A DNA stretch of 64,000 bases from Nitrospirota bacterium (GCA_963663225.1 OY760142.1:2272001-2336000), one strand, 5' to 3'. Shown: positions 40,063 through 49,933, counted from the stretch's first letter. The notes: generated from the letters alone by a model not told the origin. Translations and numbers: made by a program.

Positions 40063-40737
40063 ATGAGAAAAATATTGATCGCAGAAGGTCTGGCAAGTTT
40101 GTTTCCAGAGAGAAACGCGTTTCGAATCCGTTCGGATATTCAAGTGTTCACCGCGGCTACGAACGATGATGTATTGAGCATTCATCGGGCCGAAAAAACC
40201 GACCTTATTATTACCCAACTCGAGCAGCCCGGACAGATGTCGACAGAGGATCTTTTTTATCATATTCGGAACAGCAGCGACCTGCGCGATGTTTCCACTA
40301 TCCTCATCTGCAGGGACACGCTCGCCCACCGGGAGCGATGCAAACGGTGCTGCGCGAATGCGGTCTTTACCATGCCGGTTGATGCAACGCTTCTGGAACT
40401 GAAAGTGCAGCAGTTTTTGAATGTCGCTCCAAGAAAATCGTATCGCGCCGTTCTTGCCGTGGCCATAGAAGGCAGATTCCAAAACAAGCCTCAGCCGTTC
40501 TGGACTGAAAATATCAGTACGAGCGGAATGCTTATCCGGACAAGAGAGCCTCTTTCAAAAGGTGCGGGGACCTTTTTCTCATTTTTCCTGCCGAATGGAA
40601 CGCATGTCAGCGGATATGGTGAAATCATGAGGGTTGTCCAGCCTGAAAGAGAGCCTGATAGTTTCCTGTACGGAATAAAGTTTACGGACATCGAGCCTGG
40701 AACAAAAACCGAAATTGAGGCAGTAGTCAACGGATAG
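40063..40737 (+). CDS. Pseudo-receiver plus PilZ domain protein
   Basis: REC-like N-terminus; PilZ motifs RKSYR (RxxxR) and NISTSG (D/NxSxxG). Confidence 0.85.
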   Translation: MRKILIAEGLASLFPERNAFRIRSDIQVFTAATNDDVLSIHRAEKTDLIITQLEQPGQMSTEDLFYHIRNSSDLRDVSTILICRDTLAHRERCKRCCANAVFTMPVDATLLELKVQQFLNVAPRKSYRAVLAVAIEGRFQNKPQPFWTENISTSGMLIRTREPLSKGAGTFFSFFLPNGTHVSGYGEIMRVVQPEREPDSFLYGIKFTDIEPGTKTEIEAVVNG

Positions 40738-40846
40738 CGCCGCTTTTTTATTGAACTATCTGTTTTATCTATGTTTTTTCTTTCCCCCTGCCTGCTCTTA
40801 TCTGAGTTTCTCAATTGGTTGGCAGCCAAAATATTGAATTATCTGC

Positions 40847-40876
40847 TTGACAATACGTATTAATTCCCTATACAAT
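40847..40876 (+). promoter_or_regulatory. Putative sigma70 promoter
   Basis: TTGACA-18 bp-TACAAT. Confidence 0.5.
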
Positions 40877-41151
40877 CAGGAACCATCAGTAAATGCAGTG
40901 CTTTTCATTTGACACGACAGGCCTTTAGGTTTTCCAATATCTGGCATCAGATTTTGTGCTTTACCGAAGTGCACCGTGTATCTTTTCAACACGCGTCTAA
41001 CAATCAGCAATTTAATTTAATACTATAAAGATCATGCTGCCTGGCAATATGTTTTTGCCGTGCGGTGTCAGCGCGACTGTGCCGTAGCTGGACAACTCTT
41101 CCGTGCGCGCCATCCATGGGATAACTTTAACGGTGAAGTTGGAGGGCAATA

Positions 41152-41433
41152 ATGCGCGAAATAGGCAATATACTTCGGGAAAACAGAATTGTCCGTGGTT
41201 TTGATATTAATGACATTACCCGCATGACCAGAATCAGCGGGTATTACATCAAGTCAATGGAGGAAGGAAAGTTTCATGTTATTCCAAAGGTATATGACAG
41301 GGGCTATTTGAAGATATATGCTGATACCCTTGGAATCGACACGAAGTCATTACTGGATTTATATGAGAGAAAGCAGCGGGAGCCTTATTTGAACCAAACT
41401 GCCGGCTTGGCTTATACAGACACGAGCTTATAA
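41152..41433 (+). CDS. Stand-alone RodZ-type HTH (HTH_25) protein
   Basis: IGNILRENR...TRIS.YYIKSMEEG.F..IP..Y.RGYLKIYA..LG; no TM segment. Confidence 0.8.
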   Translation: MREIGNILRENRIVRGFDINDITRMTRISGYYIKSMEEGKFHVIPKVYDRGYLKIYADTLGIDTKSLLDLYERKQREPYLNQTAGLAYTDTSL

Positions 41434-41482
41434 ACACTGCATACGTTATATTCTTTCATAACAGCAGGTGTAGTTCTTTTAT

Positions 41483-41519
41483 AAACAAAAAGGGGGGCGA
41501 ATCGCCCCCCTTTTTGTTT
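41483..41519. terminator. Bidirectional intrinsic terminator
   Basis: AAACAAAAAGGGGGGCG/CGCCCCCCTTTTTGTTT between convergent genes. Confidence 0.9.
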
Positions 41520-41539
41520 GATATACTGCACGACAGCGT

Positions 41540-42484
41540 CTAGACTTGATTTATCGCTGAAAGTTTCCAGGGATTGTCTCCCACTAGCCGGGTAAAGGTC
41601 CAGCATTCCTCAAATTTTACCGGCTCCGTTTTACTTCCGGCGACGACAGCACCTGTTGTTTCATCAATAGTGTAATCAAGGAGATTGGCAGTAAAAATGA
41701 CTCTGATGTAATCCTGCCCCGATTCCTGCCAAACTTCAATAATTTCCGTTTTTCGCACCGCAATGTTCTCAAGACGGTTGATTTTCTTTCCTTGCAGCAA
41801 ACCGGAAATATCCTGCTGAAAGAGATCTTTCATTTCAGTCGTCAGCAGATTGTTTACAGCCGAAAGATCCCTGTTCCCCCAGGCGCCCTGAATCTTAAAG
41901 AAGATGTCCATCGCCGTGTCTTTGAAACGGGTTTCGTCAAAGGAAGGGTCCATCTGGCGGACATACGCCATTCCTTCCATAGTTGTTGGGATTGCGGCTG
42001 CCTGCATCTGAACGCCTCTGCCGTACGATGGGGATTCTTCCGCAGGAACATTCGGGTGCGAACCACTTCCCTGATACGCAAGGGCGGATTCTCTTTTTTT
42101 CCTCATAATCATCGTGAAAACAAAATACCCGAGAGCGCCCAGCAGGAGTATTTCCAAAAGACCAAAGCCGCTTCCGCCCATGCCGCCGAAGCCGAACAGG
42201 CTGCCGAGCAGCATTCCACCGAGCATTCCACCAAGCAGTCCTCCACCCATGCTTCTTAAAAAGCCTCCGCCTGCAGGCTGTGCAGGCGCCGGTGCTGTTG
42301 ACGGCTGGCTTGGAGTGGCCGGATTGGAAGTCGAACGGCTTGGCGGGGAATAGCTTCTTGACCCGCTGCTGCCGGAGGACCTTCCTCCGCCTGCCCGTGC
42401 ATATGCATCGTATTCAAAGGTCACACCACACAAAAACAGCATTACCAGGAGCAAAGAAAAAACCTTCAGCATATTTTTTTTCAT
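41540..42484 (-). CDS. Tim44-domain membrane protein
   Basis: ARAGGGRSSG...SRSY, GGLLGGMLGG, IFFKIQGAW, FEECWTF...WKLSAINQ. Confidence 0.9.
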   Translation of the reverse strand: MKKNMLKVFSLLLVMLFLCGVTFEYDAYARAGGGRSSGSSGSRSYSPPSRSTSNPATPSQPSTAPAPAQPAGGGFLRSMGGGLLGGMLGGMLLGSLFGFGGMGGSGFGLLEILLLGALGYFVFTMIMRKKRESALAYQGSGSHPNVPAEESPSYGRGVQMQAAAIPTTMEGMAYVRQMDPSFDETRFKDTAMDIFFKIQGAWGNRDLSAVNNLLTTEMKDLFQQDISGLLQGKKINRLENIAVRKTEIIEVWQESGQDYIRVIFTANLLDYTIDETTGAVVAGSKTEPVKFEECWTFTRLVGDNPWKLSAINQV

Positions 42485-42788
42485 TCTTCCAATCTCCTTT
42501 TTCTGGAAATCTTTCGGGAGGCAATTACCTGCCCAATGTGAGACAGTAATATACAACAAAAAGCATTATTCTCAAAGCAGAAAGATACCAGTAGAACAAA
42601 TAAAAACGCGCAGACAGGTTGTGGAATTACATGAACAGAGAGTAAACCTTGGTAATCGAAGAGATTTTTAATAAGTTTTCAGCAACAGTGTCTATAGCTG
42701 AATTCCATGAATATCTGAAATTATCGAGATAAAAAGTTTCGGGAAGTTTATTAATACTGTTTGATAGAGTTGCAAGATTCTTATAAGA

Positions 42789-42845
42789 TAGTAACACGCG
42801 GTGAAGAGCGTGCTTTTCGCGACTCCCTCGACCCGCTTGTTGGTA
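42789..42845 (-). mobile_element. attC-like integron recombination site (57 bp)
   Basis: Minus strand: TACCAAC aagcg GGTCGAGGGAG tcgcgaaaagcacg CTCTTCACC gcgt GTTACTA. AAC and GTT cores enclose an imperfect stem with one extrahelical base; it starts 13 nt after a stop codon. Confidence 0.7.
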
Positions 42846-42858
42846 TTTCTCGGATTGG

Positions 42859-43284
42859 TCAGTACCACTTTTTTGGCCAGCGACCCTTTTCAGTGTAAAG
42901 CTCGGGGTAGAGCTGGCTTAAGATTATTCGCGATCTCATGATTTCCCGAAAATCAAAGCCGCCATATATGTGTTCTTCTTGACCACGTTTTTTGATTCTG
43001 ATCTCGCTTGCAGAAATCAAGCGCCTTTGAACAATAATCGATTCTATATCTTGGATGGGATATCGACGCCATGTCGTGCAATCTTTATCCTCCAAAATTC
43101 GCGGCCCCTGAGCTGTTGCGTCAGATGACCAGGAACGGTGCGTTGCTCCTGCACGTATCGTAATCCAAAAACTCCGTGGGACAGCAATCATCCCATGTTT
43201 TGCAAGGCACAGATCCCAGTTCTTAAATCCCCAATCAGAAAACACTGGACTTATTGTATCGACAACTTCCCAGCTGTTAGCCAT
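42859..43284 (-). CDS. Hypothetical protein (141 aa), cassette-borne
   Basis: SD GGAG before ATG 43284 (MANSWEVV); bounded by GTTGGTA upstream and the attC downstream. Confidence 0.7.
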   Translation of the reverse strand: MANSWEVVDTISPVFSDWGFKNWDLCLAKHGMIAVPRSFWITIRAGATHRSWSSDATAQGPRILEDKDCTTWRRYPIQDIESIIVQRRLISASEIRIKKRGQEEHIYGGFDFREIMRSRIILSQLYPELYTEKGRWPKKWY

Positions 43285-43888
43285 TCTGAACTCCAATTCT
43301 CATACCAACAAGCTATTAGTGTTTCGAAATACGGTAGCACAGATTAGCTGATTGATCAATGAATTTAAGAAAGAATTTATTGCATCTGACTGAATTTAAA
43401 AGCTTATTTTAAATGACTAATATTCAAAATTCGGAATAGTCGTCATGCTAAGACTAATATGCAATTTATGGAATAGCGTTTTAGGAGTAACGCAGTTACG
43501 GGTCTGTGGATGGATGAGCATAGAGCCTTTTGTGGATAGTAATCCTGCTGGTTGCGACAATCGCTGAGTTGACTTATTGGCGTGCGGATGTTATTATAGC
43601 CGCGCCGAGTAGGAAAAGAAACGGCGTGAAACATAGAAATATCAGGGAACAACCAAAGGGACTGGGAAAACAGAAATAAATCTGCGGGAAACCAAAACAC
43701 AATCAGAGTTAGGTGCAGAGCTGCCATTATTATCATATTCTTCTTCTTTCCTGAAATGATTTTCTTCCCCGTGCCAGGTATTAACTCACTAAAAAAGCTA
43801 GTCGAGCTAAACCAATCAGAATGAAATCGAACCATGGAGTTAGTATAAATAAGTACAACCTTGTAATTTTTATTTAAAGGAGATTGAC

Positions 43889-44323
43889 ATGTTTAAAAGA
43901 TTTATGGTTTTCATTATGTTGCTTGGACTGTGTTCCTTTGCATCCACGGCATCAGCGGCGTCGAAAGCGAAAGCGCCTGCCACGCCTGATATGCGGGAAG
44001 GCTTGTGGGGGATAACTCTTATTGCAGCAGTACCCGGTACTCCGAGAGGCATGCCGGTTCGTTACACGTATTGCATGGTCAAGAAGACGATTGTTCCGCA
44101 AAAGGTGAAGTCTGGCTGCAAAATATATGATGTAAAGGTAGAGGGCAACACCGTTTCCTGGCGTGGTCAGTGTGAAGCTGTGGAGACCGAGGGCAAAGTT
44201 ACCTATGAAGAAGGCACAAAGTTCGAAGGCTCTATTATTACAAGGACAACATATGTTGGTAACGACAGGAGAGATGAATTAACTAGTTCGATGCGAGGTG
44301 AGTATCTCGGCTCCTGCGATTAA
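43889..44323 (+). CDS. DUF3617-like exported protein
   Basis: Signal peptide; PDMREGLW.IT, four Cys, GNTVSW..QC, GEYLGSC. Confidence 0.8.
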   Translation: MFKRFMVFIMLLGLCSFASTASAASKAKAPATPDMREGLWGITLIAAVPGTPRGMPVRYTYCMVKKTIVPQKVKSGCKIYDVKVEGNTVSWRGQCEAVETEGKVTYEEGTKFEGSIITRTTYVGNDRRDELTSSMRGEYLGSCD

Positions 44324-44606
44324 AACGGTTTTATTTTTCCGAATTTTTTTCAGGGAGGGCACAGCGATCTGTTTCTTTATGAAATAGATATTGCCCTCCC
44401 TGTTCTTTTGCATTTCTATGAGACTATCGTCTTTCTCATGAAGACGGCATTATACCGTCGCCCCATTAACAAAAATAATCCCTCCTCATTTTTGTATTTC
44501 TGACTCTTTTATGCTGCGGATAATTGACTTTCCGCCTGATATTACGATATGATAACTCATACAGCCTTTTTTATCTGATGAATTGAAAGAAAGGACAATC
44601 GGCTCT

Positions 44607-45569
44607 ATGGGCAAACATGTCATAAATCAGGCGCAGGATTTCGCAAAACTGTGGGGCGGGTTCCGCGCGTCGCGCGTTATTCTGACCGCAAATAATTATG
44701 CCATATTTGAACACCTCAAATCCCCAAAGACCGCAGGCGAAATTGCCCGTGTCGCGGGAATTGACCCGCGGGCCGCGGAGATACTGCTTGATGCGGTTGC
44801 AGCACTGGGATTGCTCAAAAAAACAGGTGCCCGGTATCGAAACACTTCGACAGCGAAACAATTTCTTCTGAAAGACAGCCCCTGGTATCAGGGGGACATG
44901 CTGCGCCACGCTGATTTTCTATGGAAAAACTGGTCTGATCTCGACAGAGTCGTCAAAACAGGACTTCCGAACCGTCCGGCAATCAGCGATAATGAGCCTT
45001 TCATAAAGGCAATGCATAACAACGCTGTACTGCGCGTGCATGATGTTATAAGGAATATTGATTTGCGGGGAGTAACAAAGGTTCTTGATCTGGGCGGTGG
45101 GCCGGGAACGTACAGCGGAGAACTGGCCAGACAGGGGATTGAGGTTGCCCTTTTCGATCTTCCGGAGACGATACAAATTGCCCGAAAGATGCTTGGTGAG
45201 AAGAAACAGGGGAATATTGCGTTCCGGACCGGTGATTTCCTTGCGGATGATATCGGCAGTGGTTATGATCTTGTGTTTATCAGCCAGATTCTACATTCCT
45301 TATCGCCTGAACAAAGCCGCACTCTTATAAAAAAGTCACATGCATCGCTGAATCCAAAAGGAAAAATCGCAATACAGGAATTTCTTCTGGAGAAGAACAG
45401 GGCTCATCCGATTGCAGGAGCTCTTTTCTCAGTCAACATGCTCGTCAATACACCATCCGGCAGAAGCTATTCTCCACAGGAGTTGAAGAGCTGGCTTAAA
45501 GGCGCCGGTTTTATAAAGATCGGAACAAAAATTTTGAACGATACCGTGCTGGTCAGCGGACAAAAATAA
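44607..45569 (+). CDS. SAM-dependent O-methyltransferase (dimerisation domain plus Methyltransf_2)
   Basis: LDLGGGPG, FDLP, GDF, SQILH, ALFSVNML. Confidence 0.9.
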   Translation: MGKHVINQAQDFAKLWGGFRASRVILTANNYAIFEHLKSPKTAGEIARVAGIDPRAAEILLDAVAALGLLKKTGARYRNTSTAKQFLLKDSPWYQGDMLRHADFLWKNWSDLDRVVKTGLPNRPAISDNEPFIKAMHNNAVLRVHDVIRNIDLRGVTKVLDLGGGPGTYSGELARQGIEVALFDLPETIQIARKMLGEKKQGNIAFRTGDFLADDIGSGYDLVFISQILHSLSPEQSRTLIKKSHASLNPKGKIAIQEFLLEKNRAHPIAGALFSVNMLVNTPSGRSYSPQELKSWLKGAGFIKIGTKILNDTVLVSGQK

Positions 45570-45619
45570 TGCATTCAGACGTCTGAAAACATTCAGGGCA
45601 CCATTATGGAGAGTCTATC

Positions 45620-46111
45620 GTGAGATCCTGGCTTGTGATTTTTTCCATCCTAAGTTTCTGCGTCCCCGCTCCCGCATCTGCTGATGAGATCGTACTTGAA
45701 GGCGGATTTGGGGTTTATGAATCGAGCGGCAGCCAGGCTGCTTTTCTGCGATATCAGAAGTATGTTACCCCGTTTTTAGGCTTGGACAGCTACTATGATC
45801 TGGCCGCAGCAGAGTGGAACGGAGACAACCACAATTCCGCCATCATTCTGACGAAAGGGTTCAGATGGAACATGACTGAAAAAATACATGCTGATTTTGA
45901 AGGAGGCGGGGCATACCTCAGGAGAACCACCGACAATCTCGGGACGCGCCTTCAATTCGCCTTCCGATTCGCCCTTGGTATGAAACTGGGCGATTTTGAT
46001 CTTGCGCTCGGCTATAATCACTTTTCGAATGGAAAAGGAATATTCGGGTGGACAAAAACCTCAAATCTTGGGGAGAATTTTCTGACGCTTCAGTTGGGAT
46101 ACCTGTTTTAG
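45620..46111 (+). CDS. PagL-like lipid A 3-O-deacylase / acyloxyacyl hydrolase
   Basis: Signal peptide, LGTRLQF, HFSN catalytic motif, NLGENF, terminal GYLF beta-signal. Confidence 0.8.
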   Translation: MRSWLVIFSILSFCVPAPASADEIVLEGGFGVYESSGSQAAFLRYQKYVTPFLGLDSYYDLAAAEWNGDNHNSAIILTKGFRWNMTEKIHADFEGGGAYLRRTTDNLGTRLQFAFRFALGMKLGDFDLALGYNHFSNGKGIFGWTKTSNLGENFLTLQLGYLF

Positions 46112-46174
46112 ACGGAACGATTTTGTATTTTGCAGCATGAACGATCATTCTACGAACGCGCGAGGTATGAGACT

Positions 46175-46876
46175 ATGATTCGTCCGGTGCTGATTGTGGA
46201 GGACGACAAGAAGATTGCCCGCATCGTTAAGGTATATCTCGAAGAGGCGGGATACCGCGTTGTGCACGTTGCCAACGGAAAAGACGCGATTGCGGCTGCG
46301 GCAAAGGAAAAGCCGCTTCTCGCGGTTCTGGACTTGATGCTGCCGGATATGGGTGGTGAACAGGTGATCCAGGAATTGAAGGTTCTTGACGATATTCCTG
46401 TGATCATGCTTACGGCGAAATCATCGGAAGACGACCGCATCGCCGGGTTCTCCCTTGGCGCTGATGATTACGTGGTAAAACCATTCAGCCCCCGTGAGCT
46501 GGTTGTGCGCGTGAAAGCAGTTTTAAAACGGACGCACTCTGATGATTTGTGTGATGCCGGTGCAGTTTGTTTTGAACAGGGCATGCTGACTCTCGATGGC
46601 CATCGCTATGAAGTAAAAAAGCAGGGGGAGAACATAGATCTGACTCCCACGGAATTCAAAGTGCTGTTCACCCTTGCTTCGACGCCGGGAAAAGTGTTCA
46701 CGCGTGACGAACTGGTGGAAAAAGCGCTCGGATACCAGTTCGAAGGTTATGAACGGAGCATTGATGCCCACATAAAAAATATCCGCCAGAAGATCGAGGA
46801 TGATCCGAAGAACCCGCTATTCATCCTGACGGTATATGGCGTGGGGTACAAATTTATCGGGAGACGGGATGCTTAA
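46175..46876 (+). CDS. OmpR-family response regulator (BaeR-like)
   Basis: VEDD, LDLMLP, MLTAK, GADDYVVKPFSPREL, RSIDAHIKNIR, TVYGVGY. Confidence 0.95.
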   Translation: MIRPVLIVEDDKKIARIVKVYLEEAGYRVVHVANGKDAIAAAAKEKPLLAVLDLMLPDMGGEQVIQELKVLDDIPVIMLTAKSSEDDRIAGFSLGADDYVVKPFSPRELVVRVKAVLKRTHSDDLCDAGAVCFEQGMLTLDGHRYEVKKQGENIDLTPTEFKVLFTLASTPGKVFTRDELVEKALGYQFEGYERSIDAHIKNIRQKIEDDPKNPLFILTVYGVGYKFIGRRDA

Positions 46877-48215
46877 GAGCCTCTGGATAAAATTCCTTTT
46901 GCTGCTGCTCTCGGTGGCGTTCATTGCGCTGTCTTCCGCTCTGCTCCTCCGGGAGCTGATGGTCCGGGATTTTCGCTCGTACCTGGATGGTGAGCAGGAA
47001 GACAATGTGTATTCCCTTACTGCCGACCTTGAATCAGCCTATCAAACCCGGGGGGCATGGCCGCCGGATGCCGTGCAGCGAAATATGGTCTGGGCCCTCA
47101 AGCTGGGTTTTGAGACACGGCTTCTGGACAGAAACGGCGATGTCGTTATGGATACCGCACGTGCGCTTCGCGCGCTTCCGCCTGCGGCCAGGCAAAAGGT
47201 GCAGGAAGTTTCAGCTCTCAGGTCTCAAGAAACAGAAGGACCGTTCCTTCCCTATCCATTGTTCTCAGGAGGTAAGGAGATCGGAACGCTTGAAGTCAGG
47301 CCGTTGCAACCAAAACGCGAACCTGTTTTCATCAAGCGTTCGAACACCTTTCTCGTGATCGCCCTCGGCATCGTGGGAGGGTTTGCCGTATTTTTGAGCA
47401 TCATTTTTTCGCAGAAGCTTACGCGCCCCCTTAAAACACTGGCATCTGTTGCTGCAGGGATAAGTGAAGGAGACCTTTCACGGCGTGTTGCGGTACGGAA
47501 CCGCGATGAGCTGGGCAGGCTTGCAGATTCATTCAACCGCATGGCGCATACGTTGGAAACCCAGGAGTCGCTCAGAAAAAAACTGATCTCGAATATTACC
47601 CACGAATTGCGGACCCCTCTCACGGCAATGCAGGGAGAGATTGAGGGAATGATGGACGGACTTATCCCTGCGAACAACCAGCAGCTTCAGTCGTTGCACG
47701 AAGAAACGAACAGGCTCAAAAAAATGATAGATGGCATGGAAGAATTGGCCCAGGCCCAGGCGAGCGCGCTTACGCTCAAAAAAAGGCAGGTCGCGCTGAA
47801 GCCGTTTCTGGAAACTATTCTGGAACGCTTCAGGACGCAGATTGCCGGCAAAGAAATCGCCGTTGCACTGGTGTGCGATGAGGCGACAACCGCGGACGTA
47901 GACCCGGACCGCGCAAGCCAGATCGTAATCAATCTCCTGAGCAATTCAATCAAGTCCATCGAAAAGAAAGGCGCGATTACCCTTTCCGCAGTCCAGCAAG
48001 AAGCGGAAACGCTTCTGGAAGTCAAAGACACCGGCGTGGGAATCAGGGAAGATGAGATGCCGTTTATCTTTGAGCGTTTTTACCGGGGCGCAGCCGGCGG
48101 TCTTGGTCTTGGCCTTGCAATTGTTCGGGAGCTTGTGGATGCGCATGGAGGAAGAATAGAGGTCAAGAGCACCTTCGGCATGGGTACAGTTTTTTCGGTT
48201 TATTTTCCGGGCTGA
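46869..48215 (+). CDS. HAMP sensor histidine kinase (BaeS-like)
   Basis: Two TM segments, DELGRLADSFNRM, THELRTPL, NLLSNS, DTGVGI, IFERFY, GLGLAI. Confidence 0.93.
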   Translation: MLKSLWIKFLLLLLSVAFIALSSALLLRELMVRDFRSYLDGEQEDNVYSLTADLESAYQTRGAWPPDAVQRNMVWALKLGFETRLLDRNGDVVMDTARALRALPPAARQKVQEVSALRSQETEGPFLPYPLFSGGKEIGTLEVRPLQPKREPVFIKRSNTFLVIALGIVGGFAVFLSIIFSQKLTRPLKTLASVAAGISEGDLSRRVAVRNRDELGRLADSFNRMAHTLETQESLRKKLISNITHELRTPLTAMQGEIEGMMDGLIPANNQQLQSLHEETNRLKKMIDGMEELAQAQASALTLKKRQVALKPFLETILERFRTQIAGKEIAVALVCDEATTADVDPDRASQIVINLLSNSIKSIEKKGAITLSAVQQEAETLLEVKDTGVGIREDEMPFIFERFYRGAAGGLGLGLAIVRELVDAHGGRIEVKSTFGMGTVFSVYFPG

Positions 48216-48221
48216 GGAGGA

Positions 48222-48263
48222 TTCACAATTCTTCATAATCCCTTCGCCGCCTCTTCATAATTC
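48222..48263 (+). promoter_or_regulatory. OmpR-type direct-repeat operator
   Basis: TTCACAAT (48222), TTCATAAT (48232), TTCGCCGC (48243) and TTCATAAT (48254) at 10-11 bp period, then -10 TAGAGT. Confidence 0.65.
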
Positions 48264-48304
48264 TCTGATAGAGTGTAAGCAAGATCAGAGAGGAAAGGAG
48301 GTGA

Positions 48305-48730
48305 ATGATTATGAAGAAGACGATGCTGATAACGGCTGTAGCGGCTGTGGCTCTCATTACTGCGGGTATCGCATTTGCGCAGGCGGGCGGCGGCTTGGGA
48401 CCGGGCGCGGGTTGCGCCTATGGCGCAGGTTACGGCGGTGCCAACGGAACCGTCAATATCGAGAATCTGAAAAAGTTCCAGAAAGAGACGCTGAGTCTGC
48501 GTGACGAGCTTATCACCAAGCGGGCCGAGATTGCCAACGAGTACGCAAAGCAGACTCCGGATACCGCGCGCATAACCGATCTCCGGAAACAGATGATCGA
48601 CATCCAGGCAACGATCCAGAAAGCGGCCGAAAAAAACGGTCTGCCGGCGTGGGGCCATGGATATGGCCGCGGCCACATGGGACGGGGCATGATGGGCGGT
48701 CGTGGAGCGGGTGCCTGTCCTTGTTTTTAG
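48305..48730 (+). CDS. ZraP/Spy/CpxP-like periplasmic protein
   Basis: Signal peptide, Gly-rich ends, KFQKETLSLRDELITKRAE...PD..RI..LRK, terminal CPCF; SD AAGGAGGTG. Confidence 0.82.
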   Translation: MIMKKTMLITAVAAVALITAGIAFAQAGGGLGPGAGCAYGAGYGGANGTVNIENLKKFQKETLSLRDELITKRAEIANEYAKQTPDTARITDLRKQMIDIQATIQKAAEKNGLPAWGHGYGRGHMGRGMMGGRGAGACPCF

Positions 48731-48809
48731 TAAAAATGTATACTAAAGTTGCTCAGAGGATTCATCAGAATCCTCTGAGCATGTTTCTCAGCAATACGTG
48801 GTCAACACT

Positions 48810-49166
48810 ATGAATAATTTAAAAAGCATAATAATGCTCCTTGTACTGGCTGCGATTTCGGGCGGTGGTTTTTTATCATCTGCATGGGCACAAGAGCAGC
48901 ATTTCCGTGATCGGGGCAGCCACCAGCCGTATGGTGGATACTGTGAAGGGCCGCGCTGGGGATGGTATGGGGCGCGAACGCCGGTTACAACGCTTGAAGA
49001 CGCCCGTAAACGGCTGGAGGAGTTTTTTAAAGACCAGGATGTTGTTGTCGGAACGATCGTGGATCAGCATAAATTTTTCAAGGCTGATATAAAAGATCGC
49101 AACGGCGTCTTGCTCGATCAGGTCATTATCCATAAACGGTCAGGCAGAATCCGGTCCATTCTTTGA
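48810..49166 (+). CDS. Exported hypothetical protein (PepSY-like C-terminus)
   Basis: Signal peptide; YGGYC...WGWYGA; FFKADI.D.NG..LD.VIIHKRSG.IR. Confidence 0.7.
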   Translation: MNNLKSIIMLLVLAAISGGGFLSSAWAQEQHFRDRGSHQPYGGYCEGPRWGWYGARTPVTTLEDARKRLEEFFKDQDVVVGTIVDQHKFFKADIKDRNGVLLDQVIIHKRSGRIRSIL

Positions 49167-49366
49167 CAGGCGCGTGTTTGCCGGGTAGAAAAAAGCCCTC
49201 GTTCTATGATGCAATTGTTTTTATATTAATCAGAGAACCCAACTGCAATAACCTTGTTTTTTCCTATCTTCCCCTGTTCTCAGCTAAATCAGCCAGTACA
49301 ATTCATTAACTGCTCTGGAAAGGTCGAACACATTTCCAGAACCGGAAGGATAAGAAAGAGGAATAA

Positions 49367-49864
49367 ATGGATATGAAAAGCGAAATCAGTTTAAAAGAAT
49401 GGGCAACACCAGTTACTATGGGTGCTTTTGCGTTATCTGCGATTACCGGAATAATGTTGTTTTTTAAAATGCAGCTCGGCTTAATAAAACCGGTACATGA
49501 ATGGTTGAGCTGGCTGCTGGTCATTGGTGCACTATTTCATCTGATTGCAAACCGGCATGTTTTGCTAAAATATGCTTCTAGACCCCTTGGGAAGAGCATC
49601 CTGATATTTTTCCTGGTACTCATCTGCGTTTCCATGGTGCCGTTCGGAAACCAGCAGAGGGAGCATCCTCTAAAAAGGATATCTACAAGCTTAACGCAAG
49701 CTCCTTTGTCTGCAGTTGCACAGATTGCCAGCCATAAACCGGATGAAGCAATGAACCTTCTGAGCGTAAAAGGGATTCACATTGAAAACGCTGATCAGAC
49801 TATTCAGGACATTGCCGTAAAGAACGGCAAAGATCCGCTGCGCATCCTGGATGTAATTTTTTGA
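49367..49864 (+). CDS. DUF4405-like (cytochrome b-like) membrane protein
   Basis: WATP...SAITGIMLFF...VHEWLS...FHL; three TM segments. Confidence 0.8.
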   Translation: MDMKSEISLKEWATPVTMGAFALSAITGIMLFFKMQLGLIKPVHEWLSWLLVIGALFHLIANRHVLLKYASRPLGKSILIFFLVLICVSMVPFGNQQREHPLKRISTSLTQAPLSAVAQIASHKPDEAMNLLSVKGIHIENADQTIQDIAVKNGKDPLRILDVIF

Positions 49865-49933
49865 TGCAAAGAAATTACTGCCATTTTCTCGAACAAACAA
49901 CTTGACAGCCTGCATAATATTTGTTAAATAATA

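Noticed and set aside
43443-43835. 130-aa minus-strand ORF as a second cassette gene
   Set aside because: No SD, no attC downstream and no recognisable motifs; at most a decayed membrane-protein fragment.
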